Assembly: GCA_048013815.1 (NCBI GenBank)
Contig: CM106585.1
Location: 1,178,001 to 1,242,000, forward strand
DNA: 64,000 nucleotides
Source of the DNA: Setoptus koraiensis
Lineage: Eukaryota; Animalia; Arthropoda
Direction: 5' to 3'
Shown here: positions 14,302 to 29,500 of the stretch, in pieces
How the letters are laid out: each line of letters starts with the position of its first letter
Position numbering within the stretch: the first letter of the stretch is position 1
Notes under the pieces: model-generated
The model's input: the letters and a program-made list of their open reading frames with translations, nothing else
What the model was told of the DNA's origin: nothing
Database searches by the model: none
Translations under genes and position numbers: made by a program

Positions 14302-16401
14302 TGAATCATTTGTTGTTGTTGTTGTTGTTGTTTGTGGGTCCTCACAGTAATACAATCGGTGAGCGGTGGCGCTGGTGCTGGTGAAAATTGTCCAATAATC
14401 GTTATGATCTTTGCGCGTCTTTCTGTGTCCGTCTGTGGGTCTGGTTATCCTGATGATGAACAAATATCACGGTTAAGGTCACGCGATAGTGAACATTATC
14501 GTTATTTTGACCGGATCGGATATTGTTACCCACATACAGTATGTTGGCACACATATGAGGGCAGTTGTTAAGAGAGTAGATATAAGTAAAGTTAGAGATT
14601 ATGATATTATCGAGACATTGCGCAATATATGTGATATATGATTAGATTTATTAGGCGGTGAGGTGACGAGGCGCCGGCAAAATGATGATATTTCACTCAT
14701 GATATCGCACGAGAAAGCTGTTGCGGTCACGGCCATGATACCATTATTATTATTAAGATTGGCCCCTGAATGTGAGCACAATAGATGAAATGGCTTCGTT
14801 TTTTGCTCGCTAAGCTAGCTGGATAAATGACGAGCTGCAGTTGCAGCGGGTTTCAGTTCGTTTGGGCCGCTTCAGGCAAGTTTTAAAAATTAATACACAC
14901 GCCAATGCTCGTCCCAGGGGTTAGCAGCGTGTCCGCCGCTATAAAATTGGTGTGTTGCAGAGCGGTTTTCTGTGAAAATTCTCTCTACATCTAACCACAT
15001 CAAGATCATTATTAAATCAAAGCGCCATCATCACACAGTTTGAGCAAATGATTTAATGTGCTGGCCCAGCTCAATGTTCAACTAGTACAAATAGAAATAT
15101 CACTTATCTCCCCCAAACTTCTATTGGGCGACAGTAATGATACGTGCTCCTCGAATTGCAATGGTTTGTTTTCAGCGAGGCACACACGCGATTCGGGCAC
15201 CGATGAGTTCCGTTTAGCCAAGCATCTTGGTGATCGCATGATCTGGCCATGAAACATGAAACACGAATTTGAAAGGGTAAATCTCACAGGGATCAGTGAT
15301 GAACAACAGCTTTGGCTGCTATTTTTTTCTGCTGTCGATGTCGGATTTCTGGCAATTTGTTGTGGCAAAACAGAATGAATTATCGACTCTTTCTGACACG
15401 ATGCGCCACAAATCCGGTGAAAAGAATTTATCTGTTTGCGCCATTCTATCATCAGTGCACACTAACAGGATATCAGACGGACGATGGAGCAATTTAGATT
15501 GAGTGATTGCTTATGGCTTTGATGTGGCTGCTTTGATTTGGGTCCGTACAGTCATAGCGTATAGTTGGTATAGCGGCAGTTATACCATATATCACAGTTG
15601 ATAAAAGCGTTGATCTAGCAGACGGATAACGGTTGTGAGTTGTTTTGTGAAAAGTGGCCAGCAGCAGCCGAAACAGTTTGCTGGTTGGCTACAATTGCAT
15701 TAACAAGACGATCACGACCAAACTAGAGTATGGCGAGAAATCAATAGAGCACTTATTTCTCCCATAGACATACGGACGACATTCGGACAGAATAGTGGAG
15801 TCGCGACTTCAGACATTCAATTTGGCCCCTAAGCCAGGGGGCGCCGCTAAGCTAGTTGCGGTTAGACACACTTGGGCGCTGTCGGTGGGTATTGTATTAC
15901 ATAGTGCATCTATCTATTCTGGTAAATCTGTTGTTGCAGTTGATGTCATCATATAACGTGCACATATGTTATGCTGGCTGTATAGCCGTCATCACTTATA
16001 CAGCGGCCAGTTTATCAGTTGTATGGCCAGCCGATAACGGTTGCCTGCTGACCGTCATTGGCTGGCCATACACACATACACACACCAAATAGAGATAGTG
16101 TTTCCTGTTATGTAATTATTACTGTGCCATTCACAACACTGCACAATCACAACACTGCACAATCACAACAGTGTATACATATTAAAAGCACTTACACCTA
16201 CTCGTACACGGGCCAACAATTGCAATTGTGTGTTTATCATTGCTCGAATGTCGCCCACTGTCTCTCATTACCATGCTAATAATACAACTAACTGTTAGTA
16301 ATTCGCCAACCGATCATCAGCTGTCTATTATCATATGCTGAATAATTCCACCAATCAGCTGTAATATCACGGTAGTTGGTGGCACATCGATGACATCGCG
16401 A

Positions 16402-16468
16402 TTGACCAGTGACTCATACCACGGCCAGTGTTGACCAGTGACTCATACCACGGCCAGTGTTGACCAGT
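16402..16468. repeat. 29-bp perfect tandem duplication (about 2.3 copies)
   Basis: ttgaccagtgactcataccacggccagtg at 16402 and 16431, with a partial copy at 16460. Confidence 0.95.
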
Positions 16469-19400
16469 AACCAGGGACCAGCGAACAGCTGACCACTCGA
16501 ACCAATAATATCAACGCTCGATATAGAGCCACTATAATGGTATATATTGGGTGTATGAGTGCTTGCGAGTGATTGCGGGCACAAGTCGTGATAATGTAGC
16601 CAACATCATTGTGTATCATTATGCTAATGTGTACCTGTTCAAATCATGACATTACCACCACAATGGCATGACATTGACGCTAATCTAATAACCTGACTAC
16701 GCAATCTGCACAGTTGATCCCGTGGTGTCACTGCTCTCTTCGCCAGCTGATTGGGCCCCATCGAGCTCTCGCTCCAACCGTTGCAGTCCAATGGGACCTA
16801 TATACGCGTGCAGTATATGTATACAGTGTATATGTGCAAAGTATATATATGCGATTGTGCAAACTGTGATGATTGCGCCGCCAGAATTAGTCGTCTGGGG
16901 GCGCACCAAGACGCAGCTCGCGTCGGTCGGGCCAGTCAGCGGGCCAGTAGGTGGCAAGTTATTGGCGGCCCACTCGACAACAATATATCCGTTGTTTGTA
17001 TTTGTCATCTATGAGCACAATTGACCGACATCAATATTTACATAATGTCCTCTCCCCACTTTGTTGCCGCGTGCGTTCTCCAGTTGACAGACTCACAACA
17101 CTAGCTTTTCACACCTGGCGGTTACTTCCAATAATAAATAGTGGGCCACTATTTATTATTATTATTACTATTTTTGGTTGCGCCAGTCACACGTGAAAGC
17201 CTTGCGTTGCAACTGGCGGAGTGGCCTGAGAAATAAACAATTTCGCTCACGCATTTGCTCGAGCACTTCTTACAATTTCTCACCGCCAGACGGTTGCTGT
17301 TGGTTCCGGTTTGGTGTGTCCTGATGAGATGCCACCTGAGAGACTCGCCAGCAGGAGGCGCATTGTTAATTCTCAAGGGTCGGCATGCCCGTAACTGCTG
17401 TCGCTACTGCTGCTGCTCTTTCGTTACATAACTCTCAATATTATTACCTGGGGCAGCTGTTGTTGTTGTTGTGATGACAAACGCAGTGGCCTGACGAGCC
17501 GACACGACACACACGCACACGCACACGCACTGGCGCAAAACAAGCCAGACAAATCTAGCGCCACAACAACATCAACAACCCACTGGCAAGCTATGCTAAT
17601 CACTCTGTTTAATACATAATGTGCGGCCACTGGTGATGATCGGAGCACCACGTGTGCCACGTGTGAGTTCATTGTGGTTGTTGTAGTTGTGTTGACAACA
17701 ACCACCGCCAGACGTCAACCACAACAACTGGCCACCGCGAGACCGACAACGACAACAGCACCGACGGCGTCGCATTGGTCAGTGAGCACACGCATTACGT
17801 AATAGTAATAATAATAATAATAATAGTCATCATCAAAAAAGTGCCACAGGAACGTGATTGGGTATTGCTTGTTGCGACGTCCGGTGACCGGTGTGCACGC
17901 TCACGTTTCTCCGACGACCCATAACGAGTCCGTTCAATAGCGGCGACATTGACCAATCAATGTACGTGCTGGTCGAGGCGCCAGAGCAGCGGCAAATCGC
18001 CTAATGATCACAATGAATATAGAAATTCTATAGAAATTCTGGCTCTCTCGCAATCTTTGTCAGTTGTCGCGCTCACGTAAACATAACGTGAATATACGCA
18101 ATATATGTGGTCGCCAATATACACCGATGACACAGGCAAACAAAAATATAAATATAACATACATCTCATTTGAGTCCATCGACTCATTTCGGGCAACTCA
18201 CTTTGGCCAACTCGCCCGACAGCCAAAATGACCAACGAGATCCGCACCAACAAACCAACGCACTATGAATATTGATAACTCAGCTCGCTGATTGTGTCGG
18301 CGCCACTGAGTGGGCGTTGGTCGTCACCTCTGGCGTTGCTGTTGCTGTTAATGTAGCTGTATAAATATAAGCGATGATGCAACAACTGGCGCTAACCGTT
18401 GAACAGTTAGCAGCAGATATGCAAGATGGTTTCAGTTATGTAATGACTCGTCATGGCCCTGCGATAGGTCAATTGTCGGTGTTGGCCAATGGCACAATGC
18501 GCAAAAACTGGAACATGCACAAAAACTTGCACAGATTCTTTGCTTCGTTGCGTCTCGGCTTCTTTGCTTCTTTGCCTCTTCGCTCTTGAGTTACATAACT
18601 CGCTTAACGGGGCCCATCTGACTTTTGCCGGTTGGTTGGTCAGTTGGTTGGCTGGTTGATTGGCTGGCCTATGGGCCGGTCGTTGGTTAGCTGGTTAGCT
18701 GGTTGGCATTAGCAACAACCGAGTAGCGGTCTCTCTAACGACATCACATACGCACGCGTTGGTGGCACGTGTGCATGGATGATCGCCTCGAGCTATTTTA
18801 GCCACCGGCCCGACAAACATGCCAGATGAGAGCCAAGAATCACACCAGATGATAATTATAATGATGACCACTGTTGTTGTCTGGACACAACACCGTTACT
18901 CATGTACGCGCATCGCGACACTTAATTAGGCCAGCTAAAGTCACTGCACGTTTAGTGCTGCAACCAGATGATACCGACCAAGATGATGATTACGTAACGA
19001 GCAGTTGTGCTCGCTAACGCAGCAAACACACACTGTGAGAAATACACACAAAAGAGCAACCATCTCGTCTATTTACATAGATGATTGCGCCACGCACCAT
19101 GATTTTGCTGACCAGTATGGTCATCGTCATCGCGACCACCACAACCATCATCACCGGATAGATGAGGCATGGATACGTCTATAGAGGCTGTTGGCTGTTG
19201 TGGTTAGTCGCTGGCGGATAAAGACGCACAAGGATAATGAGATGAAGGCGCATCATTTATGCAAACTTATGCAACTCTCTCACTAATTCTAATCTGCACA
19301 TCGCTCATCATCTGGTCGGCTGGCCAACGGGGCAACCAATGAGCCAATCACAGTTTGCCAACGACAGCCAACCAAATGGCCAATCACACAACAAGCTGAC

Positions 19401-19844
19401 CAGCAAAACAGACAGACCCATCGGATGTTAGCAGCCAATCAGTGTTAGCTCAATAGTGTCGACAGTGGCCCCAATGTCGACCTTGAGACATGAGGCCCTC
19501 AACGGTCACAACTAATAAGCTTAGCGAGAGGCCCACTGATGTGGATGTGGTGTAGGTGGCGCTTAGGGCGCCTAGAGGCAGTAAGACGCACTGACACAAG
19601 ATTATAACTGAGCCAACTGAACCCTGTTTGCTCAGCGACCGCTACCCACTGCACCCAAGCTGCAAGCACCCAAAGGATCCCGAAGGACCCAGGAGGACCC
19701 AGAAAGACCCCAAAAGACACCGAAGGACACCGAAATACCCCAAGGGAGCCCAAAAGTGGAACACTAGATGGACGAATGCTAGATAGACGAATGCTAGATG
19801 GGCCAACATTGAGCAAGAGTGATAGAATAACGTAAAATACTTAC

Positions 19845-20503
19845 ATGTTGTTTGGCCGGATTAATTGGCTGCCCACTGGTGAGCAGGTGCTAATTATGCA
19901 AAATAGCTGGTGCTGCAATAGTTGCGTCACTGGCAGCAGCAACAGTGGCAATTTCGACGATAATAATAGTAATAATGATAATAATACTGGCAATAACGGA
20001 GTGTACAGAAGCAGCTTATGAGGCCGATGAAGGAGACGACAACAACAATTAGGCAGGCAATTGTAGTGGCTGGCTGATTTTGAACAATGATGATGATGAT
20101 GATGCAATTTCGATTGTCCGACAATTGATTTTAGAGAGGCGCATTCAAGTGTTTCAAGTGGCATTGCATCATCATTATCATCATCATGGTCACCGTAATC
20201 ATAGTGACCATTGTGATTGTTTGTGCAGGCAACAGTGCTGTCCATCGTGACGACAAAACCGTTGCCCTGGCGAGAAGCCTCATGGTGGCCGCCGTGATCA
20301 GCGTCAGCGTTGCCATAGGTCGCTAGCTGGTGTCGCGGTTGTAAAGAGGCCGAGATTGTTGTTTGCGTAATATGTTTGAGCGTGGGTGTATTTCGTGCGG
20401 CTGTCGCTGTTGTTGTGGTGGCTGTTGTTGTCGTTGTCGTTGTCGGATATGAGGCTGGCAGCAAGTGGAGCAGGTCTACTACTTGAATCAATTGGGCAAA
20501 CAT
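19845..20503 (-). CDS. Probable coding exon (His/Thr/Asp-rich region followed by a Leu-rich hydrophobic segment)
   Basis: 222-codon ORF with ATG at 20503 and protein-like composition, ending exactly at a strong donor AAC AT|GTAAGT. It lies on the same strand as the large exon; no domain recognised. Confidence 0.45.
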
Positions 20504-23500
20504 TAACAATACGTACGATAGACGGAGCTGCTGCTGCTGACAGGCTAATAGGTATTGATGCTGTCGATGTCGTCAGGTGTGCTCTTGTTTGTGTGGCGCT
20601 CTCGGCGTGTCAAGTTGCCAACAGCGACACAATGACAGCGACAATGAAATAATAAGCCAATGACACAATGACACAAACCGACTTGACTTTTCCTCTCTTA
20701 TCCGCGCATACAATTTCATTAATGCCCACTCAGCTTATCTCATCTGGCGTTGGCTGGCTGGCCCACACTTGAAATGCCCTTTTTCTATCTATTTATTTGT
20801 CTATCTATCTGTTTGCTGTCTGCCCGTCTGCCCGTCTGCTGTTTGCCTGTTTGCCCGTCTATGTGTCCGCGTGCTGCGTATATGTAGATTTTGTTCGTAG
20901 ATTATTCAATCGATTGAATGCTCGCGCTTGCTCTGGACTGTTCATCGGCTCGATGCGTCTATCGCTTGTTTTGTTTTATCTGTCGCGATTGTCACCAATT
21001 TATGCTCTCGTTCGAAGCCGCTGTTATCTGTTGTTCTCGTTGCCACCATTCCACCTCTTATCTGATACATCTGTCACTGTTACTGTGACTGTTACTGTTG
21101 CCGTTGCCGTTGCCGTTGCCGTTACCGTTGCTGTTGCCGTTGCTGGATAGATAGTCGACAAAGGTGAATAATAATCGCTTTTTGTGTTTGTCTGTTTGTT
21201 TGTTTGTCTGCTTGTCGTGGCCTCACTACCATTTACGATGTTTGTCGGAACACTTCAGTTGGCCAATAACCAATAACACAACACACTAGCTAGTTTGTTC
21301 AACAATAACAGTTTAAACTTAACGCTGACCTCTTTTCGCACTAAATTCACATTTGACAATTAACAAAACGACATCGATTGACACTTGCTACGACACACCA
21401 ATTCACTCAAACCAATTAACGACAGCTACAATCACTGACCGGCAGATGTCGCGATGCTCCAAACTGTTCTAATTTGAGCAGATTTTAATCATTGACAACT
21501 TTTCGACTTTGCAACTCCAAGCTGCTCTCGGTTACTTGTTTGATTGTATTTGTCCATCAATGTCCATCGAGCATCCTCTGTAATCTTCATCTGTCATGTG
21601 TGCCTATATGTCATGTTGTCGCAATAACGGTCGTCCATATTGCACCATACAATGTGTCCAATGTGTATGCATATAAAGTGACAAATTAACGGGCCAAGTA
21701 GATGTGATTTGCGATACAAAGGGGATACACGAAGATAAAATGATATGTTTGTTACTAAATAGCTTGTTACAAGATGCTTGCATAACACATGACGATGACG
21801 ATGATGACGATAATGATGATGGTTATGGGAACTCATTTGGAATAACAGTATACACATTTAATCTGATATAATGAGTGACGTTGGTGCGAAATTTGTATAT
21901 TGACTAAATTATATCATATATTATGATTAGATAGTAGATAAGTGCCTATAAGTGACGTTGTAATCCAACGGTAAGAGCCTCATTGTCGTCATTATGACAG
22001 CACCATTTGCTGTCACTTGAGCACTTTGTAGCCTAATCTACGCCTCATAGATATAAGATTTAAGATACAATATGCATGCTGCTAATGAATTATGTAAATT
22101 AACGCCTGAGCTCGCCTAGTTGTTGGTCGCATCCCATACCGACGTGATTGTGTAACCACACACTTGGCTTGTTTGAGCGTAAAATTAACAGACTCAACAT
22201 CTGAGCATTAACTTTGTGGTTGCTAACATTATATACATTCATGCGCCAGCGTGTAGCCAGTGATTTCGATGTCTCTATGCAAAAATTGTCCCCGATACTG
22301 TCCGACTCGCAGGCTGAAGCCAATGCTGATGAAAATAACGGGCCCCAATTGAATTTGCCGCGTGGCTCCCTCTGTCGGCTGATACACATTTTGCTGACGG
22401 TTGTTACAATTGTTCAACCGTCTTGACTTGACAATAGAAATGCAATCATTCTATCAAATCTCTATCATGTCTCGCTGTGAGTCGGCCAGCGAGCAATTAA
22501 TAGTTGTTACAGGTGTAACGACATGGGCCGCTTCATTGGGTTTACTTTTGGGGCCAAAAAAAACCAAGCGAGCAATTGTAACATCGCAAAGCAAATGATG
22601 TGGCGAGTATCATTAATCAGATATGAATATGTCTACACGGAAAGGAGAGATAGATATATATAAATTGATCAATATGGCCACAAGCTGAAGACTTGAAATG
22701 CAAGCAGTAATGTTCTAACAGCTGTTGTTGCGTCACTAAAAACCATTATTCGCTTTGTTGTTAGTGTTTGCTCAACGATCATCATCCCTAATGTCACTAT
22801 ATTTATTCATGCAATCTACATCATTATATAATCGGTGCGATATTGGCCCACATTTGGCAACTTATGTCCACTTATTGCATGTTGTTGGTGTACATTAAAT
22901 ATGCATATTAGACAGCAAGTGCACAGCGGCGAGCGAAATGGAAACTTAATGGACGCTTCCTCTTCTCTCGCTTGAATATAAACATATCGATCGTTATATA
23001 TATTGATATATATATATATATTTATATATGTCTGATCGATGGCTCATTCTCAAGCTTGCATTCTAGCGACACCTATAATATGCGTTTGTATATTAATCAT
23101 TTTTGTTTGTATTTTCACCTCAAGATGAAAAATTTGCAAGATTTTCGTACGCGGGCCTCTTAAACGCAACTGCGCTCATCGACGCATTGATATTCACGTT
23201 TGAGCGACCATCATTCATTCTATTACATAATAGTATTTATCATTAGTAAATTAATCATTCGCCAAGCTTGCTCTCAATGCATCTCAGATGTGGGTTTTCC
23301 GCATCAAGTTGGCCCCCTGCACTACCAATATCCAGCAGTATTTTGGTGAACGCAAAACGCATAACAGTGCCAAGTATTGTATTGCACTGGCAGCAACGAC
23401 ACAAAGGCTGTCTAGACACAAATAATTGTCTTCTCAACGCTCGCTTTATGGATTATTAAATAATCACTCGGACATTATTATCAAGCTAAACACTGATGAG

Positions 23501-26500
23501 AGAAGCCAGATCATTAATAATGACAGATATAAAGGCGAGCAGTGGTAGTAAATGGTGACAAACAAAATCAAATATCGCACTTGTAGACTACAGTTGCGAT
23601 TAATCAAGGTCTCGTTGCTGACCAGTGACAAGTGGCTCCATCTGACAGTAGCCCCTGAAACAAAGTTTTTCGTCGCTACCATGGTGCCATCTGTAGTGGA
23701 AATATGTCAACAACAAACTTACAAACTAGCCGATAGGGTCAAACTGATTAAAAACCGGAAATGTGAGGCCAAAATGAAAGCACAGAACACACACACACAC
23801 GTACACGCAGATAATAACTGTGTATTTAGGTGTGTGCGTGTGTGTGTATTTCTTTTGCACTCAGACAGACAAACAATCGGACGGATAACAGACATGGTAG
23901 TGGTATAATAGAGGGGCAAATGTAAACATAAGAGCGAGAAAGAGTTTGCATATAATCACGTCGTCGCTTGGCGAGATCGCACAACCCAACAGCATTATCC
24001 AATATGGCTATTGGTGGGTGTGGAGGAGGTGATAAATGATGGAAAGACTTACATTATCTCTCTAGGGCTCTCATTTTGTCTATATAAACAACTTATCTGA
24101 GAGAGTCCATTAGCACGACAACGAGGCGCACTTCGGGCAGCGGCTTTGAGCAAGCGCACTTACTTCGATCAATTGTGGGGCCCGACAATTATCAATATGA
24201 TATCAAATAATATTCCCATATAACACATACAAACAACACAATGCAGCAACAGCGGCAACAGCGGCAGTTGTAGAAGTAGTTGTAGTCGCAGAGCGACACA
24301 TAATGAGGACAGTCTCGATGTGTTGTTGCGCACATTGGGTGTCGAAATAGATATCTATTGTGGAGTGTTGGAGTTGAAAGACGATCAATCAGTGTTCTGT
24401 CTATATCTCACTGTTAGTCGGAAAAATATTGTTCGAGACACACAGAAATTCAATAGAACACAAACTCATTGCGTTGTAATGGTGCGTGGTTAGAGGTGCC
24501 AAACTCGCTTCGATGGTGCCTCAAATAGTGAGAGCAACAGCAAGAGCCCTTAATGATAATAATTGATGCTGACCATGCCAATGAATATGATTATGTTTAT
24601 CATTACTATCATAATTTCATAATCAAGACGAAAGGATAACAACAACATCAACAACAACCATAATAATCATAATCATATAAACAAATCACAGCGCAAGCTA
24701 GTAATAGTGGTTGAGCACGCATAATTAGGCCACCATTATCGCGCTTTATTCTTTACAGCAATTTGGTTACCTTGTCTGACAATTGTGAGCCCAATAGGCC
24801 AGATATAGAAAACAGCGCCGCCTACCTAACAAACAATTAATTGAGATGAACAACAAATCGGCTGAAAGCATGTGTTTATCTATTTGTATTGGCCCCTACA
24901 AACGTAACCATTGCCTTGCTCGAGTGCACTAATTATTAATACAGCCCAAAGGTAATATGTAATATTTCATTTACAGAGGTTAGTTCAGAGGTGATGATGA
25001 TTTGTACAGCATATTATATTACGGATTTAGATATGCTGGCTTGATACCCAGGAAAAACGCAAACTAGCTTGCAAACTTCATTCAGAGATGGCGCTCCGGT
25101 TCACACTCAATGACTCGTATCCACCAGTACACCTTTCAGTCAACGTAATTAGCTGGAGCGGAAGTGAAGCGAAAGAGCACTATGGCTGGAAAGGAATCAG
25201 TTATAACTTTCGATATATATTGTGTCTTCTATGGCGAGTGCAAGGTGCTACAACGAAAACTTGTTTAGTTGCTTCTCCTTTCTTTACCCCAGTGAAGCTG
25301 ATCTGGCCTCGAGTGTCAAGTCAAACATTAGATAGCATCACTTGCAGTTGCACTTGTGTTATCATTATCTGATTGAATCAGCGAAATGAAGTAAAGTAAA
25401 ATTATAAAAGAAAATAAATAAATTGATTGGGTCGCCATCGTGCAACCAAACAGCACACGGGCTCTAGGCAATATTTGGCTATGGTTAAAGCCAATGATGA
25501 TCACTGATGATTGACACTGTACGCACCATTATGTATTATGTAATGTCATTATAATAAGCATACGTTTAATAGTATAAAAAAGCAAAAATAAAAAAGCAGC
25601 CAGAAGAGACACCGCGTCCGAGAGTGTTAGTGAGGGCGAAATCGAAACCTCTCATTGCATAGTGTGACACACAAGAAAGAAACAAACTTTTGGGTTATTT
25701 TTGCGACGACGCAACCATTCATGTCACCAAACAACCAACAGCAAGCTTTATACACAAAGAGTAGATGCAAAAACATGGAGCAATCATGGCGCGAATACAA
25801 ATACGATAGCTGGTCGCCGTTGTTGGCTGTCTAGGCTTGTCATTCACTTTGCGTCACTTTCATTATCATGTTGTCGTAGTGGTGGCGTTTGTTGTTGTTG
25901 TTGCTGTTGTTGTTGCTGTTGTTGTTATATTGTTGTGGGCGTCAGGCATTATTCCAGTGGTTCCATTATTGTTGATTCCCTTCTACTTATATTGTTGCGC
26001 AACTGCGCCACGCAACAATATATCACACAACAATTGCACTGACCACTGAAAGACAAACTCTTTCTCTCTCACCCTCTCCCTGCCTCTACGCGCCAAATAG
26101 AGGCTCTGAATAGAGGTAGCGCTCTATTGGGCTAGCTTGTTCGCAGGTTGCCCCAAAGATACTGCCACTCACCTGATCGTGCAACCTAGGCAACACTTAC
26201 ACAACCAACCAGCTGATTGTAGCCGGTAGCGGCAAACAACACCAATGATGAATAACTTGGACACTTGATATCGACTATTCAATAGAGACGCTATGCCAAT
26301 GCCAGGTCCCAGATGGACGATAAATCAATCTCAACCACTGAGCACAAATTGGCTACGTGCAGATTGCATCAGTAATCAGTTGGCCAGTTGCTTACACCAT
26401 AGGCTGGACAACACACAACCATCTAGGGCTAGCAAAATATGCGACAAGAATAATTTCTATGGCTTTTGTGTGCCTATATTTGTTGCAATAACAACGACAA

Positions 26501-29500
26501 CAACAATGTCACCTTTCATTTGTTTGACCAAGTAGGCAAATTGTGTGACCCGATGGTGACACATGATTCATGCTGATAATGTTGCCGAGCCCATCAGAAA
26601 GAATTGGCCAAAAGGAAGTTAGCTCGTAACGACACTGTGTTGCTGCAATAGAACGGAAGTGCCCAGAAAACCAGTTCAATTGTAACAATGGACACAGCAC
26701 AAGATAACAAGCATTATGTAGTACATTACATAATAGTGATTCAATTATCATAATTGAATCGGCAACAGCACACACACACACATATCGGTGGTCTCATTTA
26801 AATACATTGTAATAACCTACGTAGGAATCAGCTACATGTAACTGGCTCATTACGTCATGTATATGTGCCTCTAAGATGGCAAGCGAATATCTGAATCGTT
26901 TCCTGCAATGTCGCTCAAGATTTGTAACTCACTTAAGACAGACTTGAAGTAATCAGTGCGCAACTGCTTATCTGATTGAACCACCCCTAGGCGCATTATA
27001 TTGTGCAAATTCAAAGTACACATTGGCTGGATGACCTGGTTCTGAATTTTCAACTTTCAGTTTAGCCTTTTTCGTCTGTAATTCACTCTACATAAATATG
27101 ATTTAAAAATATCCCGAGTGCATCAAATTGAATCAACCAAATCAGTTCATTTTTAACTCTATTGCAACTTTTCTCCGGTTGGTGCATTCTTTTTTTCGGT
27201 GTTGAACGACACAGATTAAGTCATTGTCAGTGATTTTCGCCTTTCAATTCAATTGTTATGCATGAATCTTATCAACGCTTCAGATGTTGCTAAGCTCTCG
27301 AAAGCGTGACTAGCACAACTATTATACTAATACAATCAAGGGCGCCCAACCAACCAACTGTCTGATAAATGAGATGAGAGCTTATTGTGACACCAGCCAT
27401 TTTTGGGGATGTACCTGTGCGTATCAAGTGTATCTGTTACAATTGTACGGTTGACTGTGCCTAACTCGTTATTCCATTTAGTCGCTTCATCAATTTTGTT
27501 TTATCAGTAAATCGCCATCTGTGTGTCACAAGCCGAAAGCTTTTGTCATGTCTGCAAGTTGTGGGGCCAATCTTTTCGGGGCCTCGCAATCTCTATAAAC
27601 CAACTCACTACAATTGCGTACCGTATGGCTGAGCAAGGTTAGCTAGTGTTTCCACGATGACACAAGGGCGATTGTTTTGTATATTTTTTTTTTCTTTCGC
27701 CATTTCTGGTGGAAGGAAAGATGTGGCCCCATACGGCCTAAACGAAACTTCACAGCAATTTACAACAGTGAAAATATTAATCTGTCACATTGCGATCTTT
27801 ATCTGTGCTGCGAGCCTGACATAACTGAATGATCTGCAGAAATAATAGTGCGACAGAGGCGACAGTTTTGGAAATAATCAGTGGAAATTCCGCGTGATTA
27901 TCGGATACACGGGACTCTCGAGTCGAGTGTCGCGCGATATAAATTGTCACAGCGTAAGAATGAGGATTTATATTTCCGTTGTTTGGCCGCGCGCTTATTT
28001 GTGGCGTCAAATCCAAGTTATAACTTTAACTCAATTTATGTTGAAGTTATAGCTGAAAATTGACCGTCTTTCGGCCGCGAGAAACAAGTATTGCTAGTTT
28101 AGTTTAGAAACTTATCATTAGAATCATTTCAATCGGGAATTCGCACCATGTTTGGTGCCTATTTGTGGCACTGTGACACTGTGATGTATGCCACGGATTT
28201 TGTATTGTAAACAATACAAAATCAAAAACAATCAGTGTATTGAGCTCGAATCATCAATGGAAGTTTGATGGTTGTTTTGGAGAGCTTTGGATGGCAGGCA
28301 AACAAGCGACTGGGCAAACAAATGATCAGATGACTAATTGAATAACCTGTGTACATTGTATCAGGAGTGAGCTCGCGCTTGATTGATGATTGAAGGTTTC
28401 AATTGCGTCCAGCTATTGTCGTTGCGCAACAATAACATCCGACGTGTTAAACGATGTCGTGCAATGTTGCGCCTCGGATACCGTGTATTGTTGCTCAATA
28501 GCAGTGGCGTGTTTATATGCAAATGATGGCCTGGTTAATATGAAAATGCGTGTGATTTGAATTTGTGGGCCCCAAATCAGCCATGTCTAACGCAAACAAG
28601 TTAGTCGACAAATATTTGGAGTGACGCGGACAATTGTGCCATACGCTGCTGGCTAGGCGAGGCGAGGCTAAACGAGTGAGCTCACCTGAACAACAATCAT
28701 ATAGGATCATATACGAGAGATGTTTTCTTTTCTTTTTGTTTGCATAAGATTCTCAATAATCAATAACATGCTTTTTGTCGATAATATTTGGTCGATATTA
28801 CTTATCTGTGCCGAACCATGTAAACATCGGCAGCTCTCAGATGTATCACATGTTCCGGTGGAGGAATGTGTTTGATTTGCGCATCACCACACTACCTATT
28901 GGTTGCATACTTATTTGCATAGTCAATCTGTATCTATGTGTTGATAGCGAAGGTGTGTTTACCAGTGTTGTGTCCAGTCAATGCTTTCATTAATTTCATG
29001 CCCAAATTTATCTCTTGGCTGTGCAATGACAACAATGGTCACGTATCGCTGGTGAGTTTGTTTACATCAGGTGACGGGCAGTGTGTCAGTGTTTTTAGGT
29101 CGATCTGGAGTTTATTTTAAATCACCGATATAGACAGACGGTGTGCGTGTGTGTGTGCGTAAGTTTTTAAGAGAGAGCCGAGACACAGCCGAAACATAGG
29201 CAATAATAGTTTGTTTGCCTATTGTTTTGGCATTGATGCTTTCGATAAAGTAACTACCGAGACACAATCTCTGGCTGAAGTGAGCTCTCTCTCTGTCTTT
29301 ATCTACCCGTCAATCGCAATGAAATGATGATACAAAAGAAGCACCAGGCTGGTGTCTCGTGTCGTCGCAGGCGTGACAGAGAACACACATTCTTGGATTC
29401 TTTGCACTAGTCAAGTGTTAGCCAGTGAGGCACAAAAAGAAGCGAACACCCCCCCTCTCGCCCCCGTCGCCCCAAAAAGAAGCTCCCCTTTTGTTTTTGT

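Noticed and set aside
15200-15500. Gag-like translation (FERVNLTGISDEQQ) after a TATA-like and PBS-like stretch
   Set aside because: Several stops and only vague similarity; no LTR pair.
16402-16468. 29-bp direct repeats considered as a CRISPR array
   Set aside because: The copies are adjacent with no spacers, there are no cas genes and the context is eukaryotic.
22229-22417. TLAHE resembling a zinc-metalloprotease motif
   Set aside because: HExxH is not completed, the donor is weak and two other frames look equally protein-like.
25075-25370. DGAPVH resembling the Tc1/mariner QDGAPxH motif
   Set aside because: It needs frameshifts, there is no SPDLNP motif and no terminal inverted repeats were seen.
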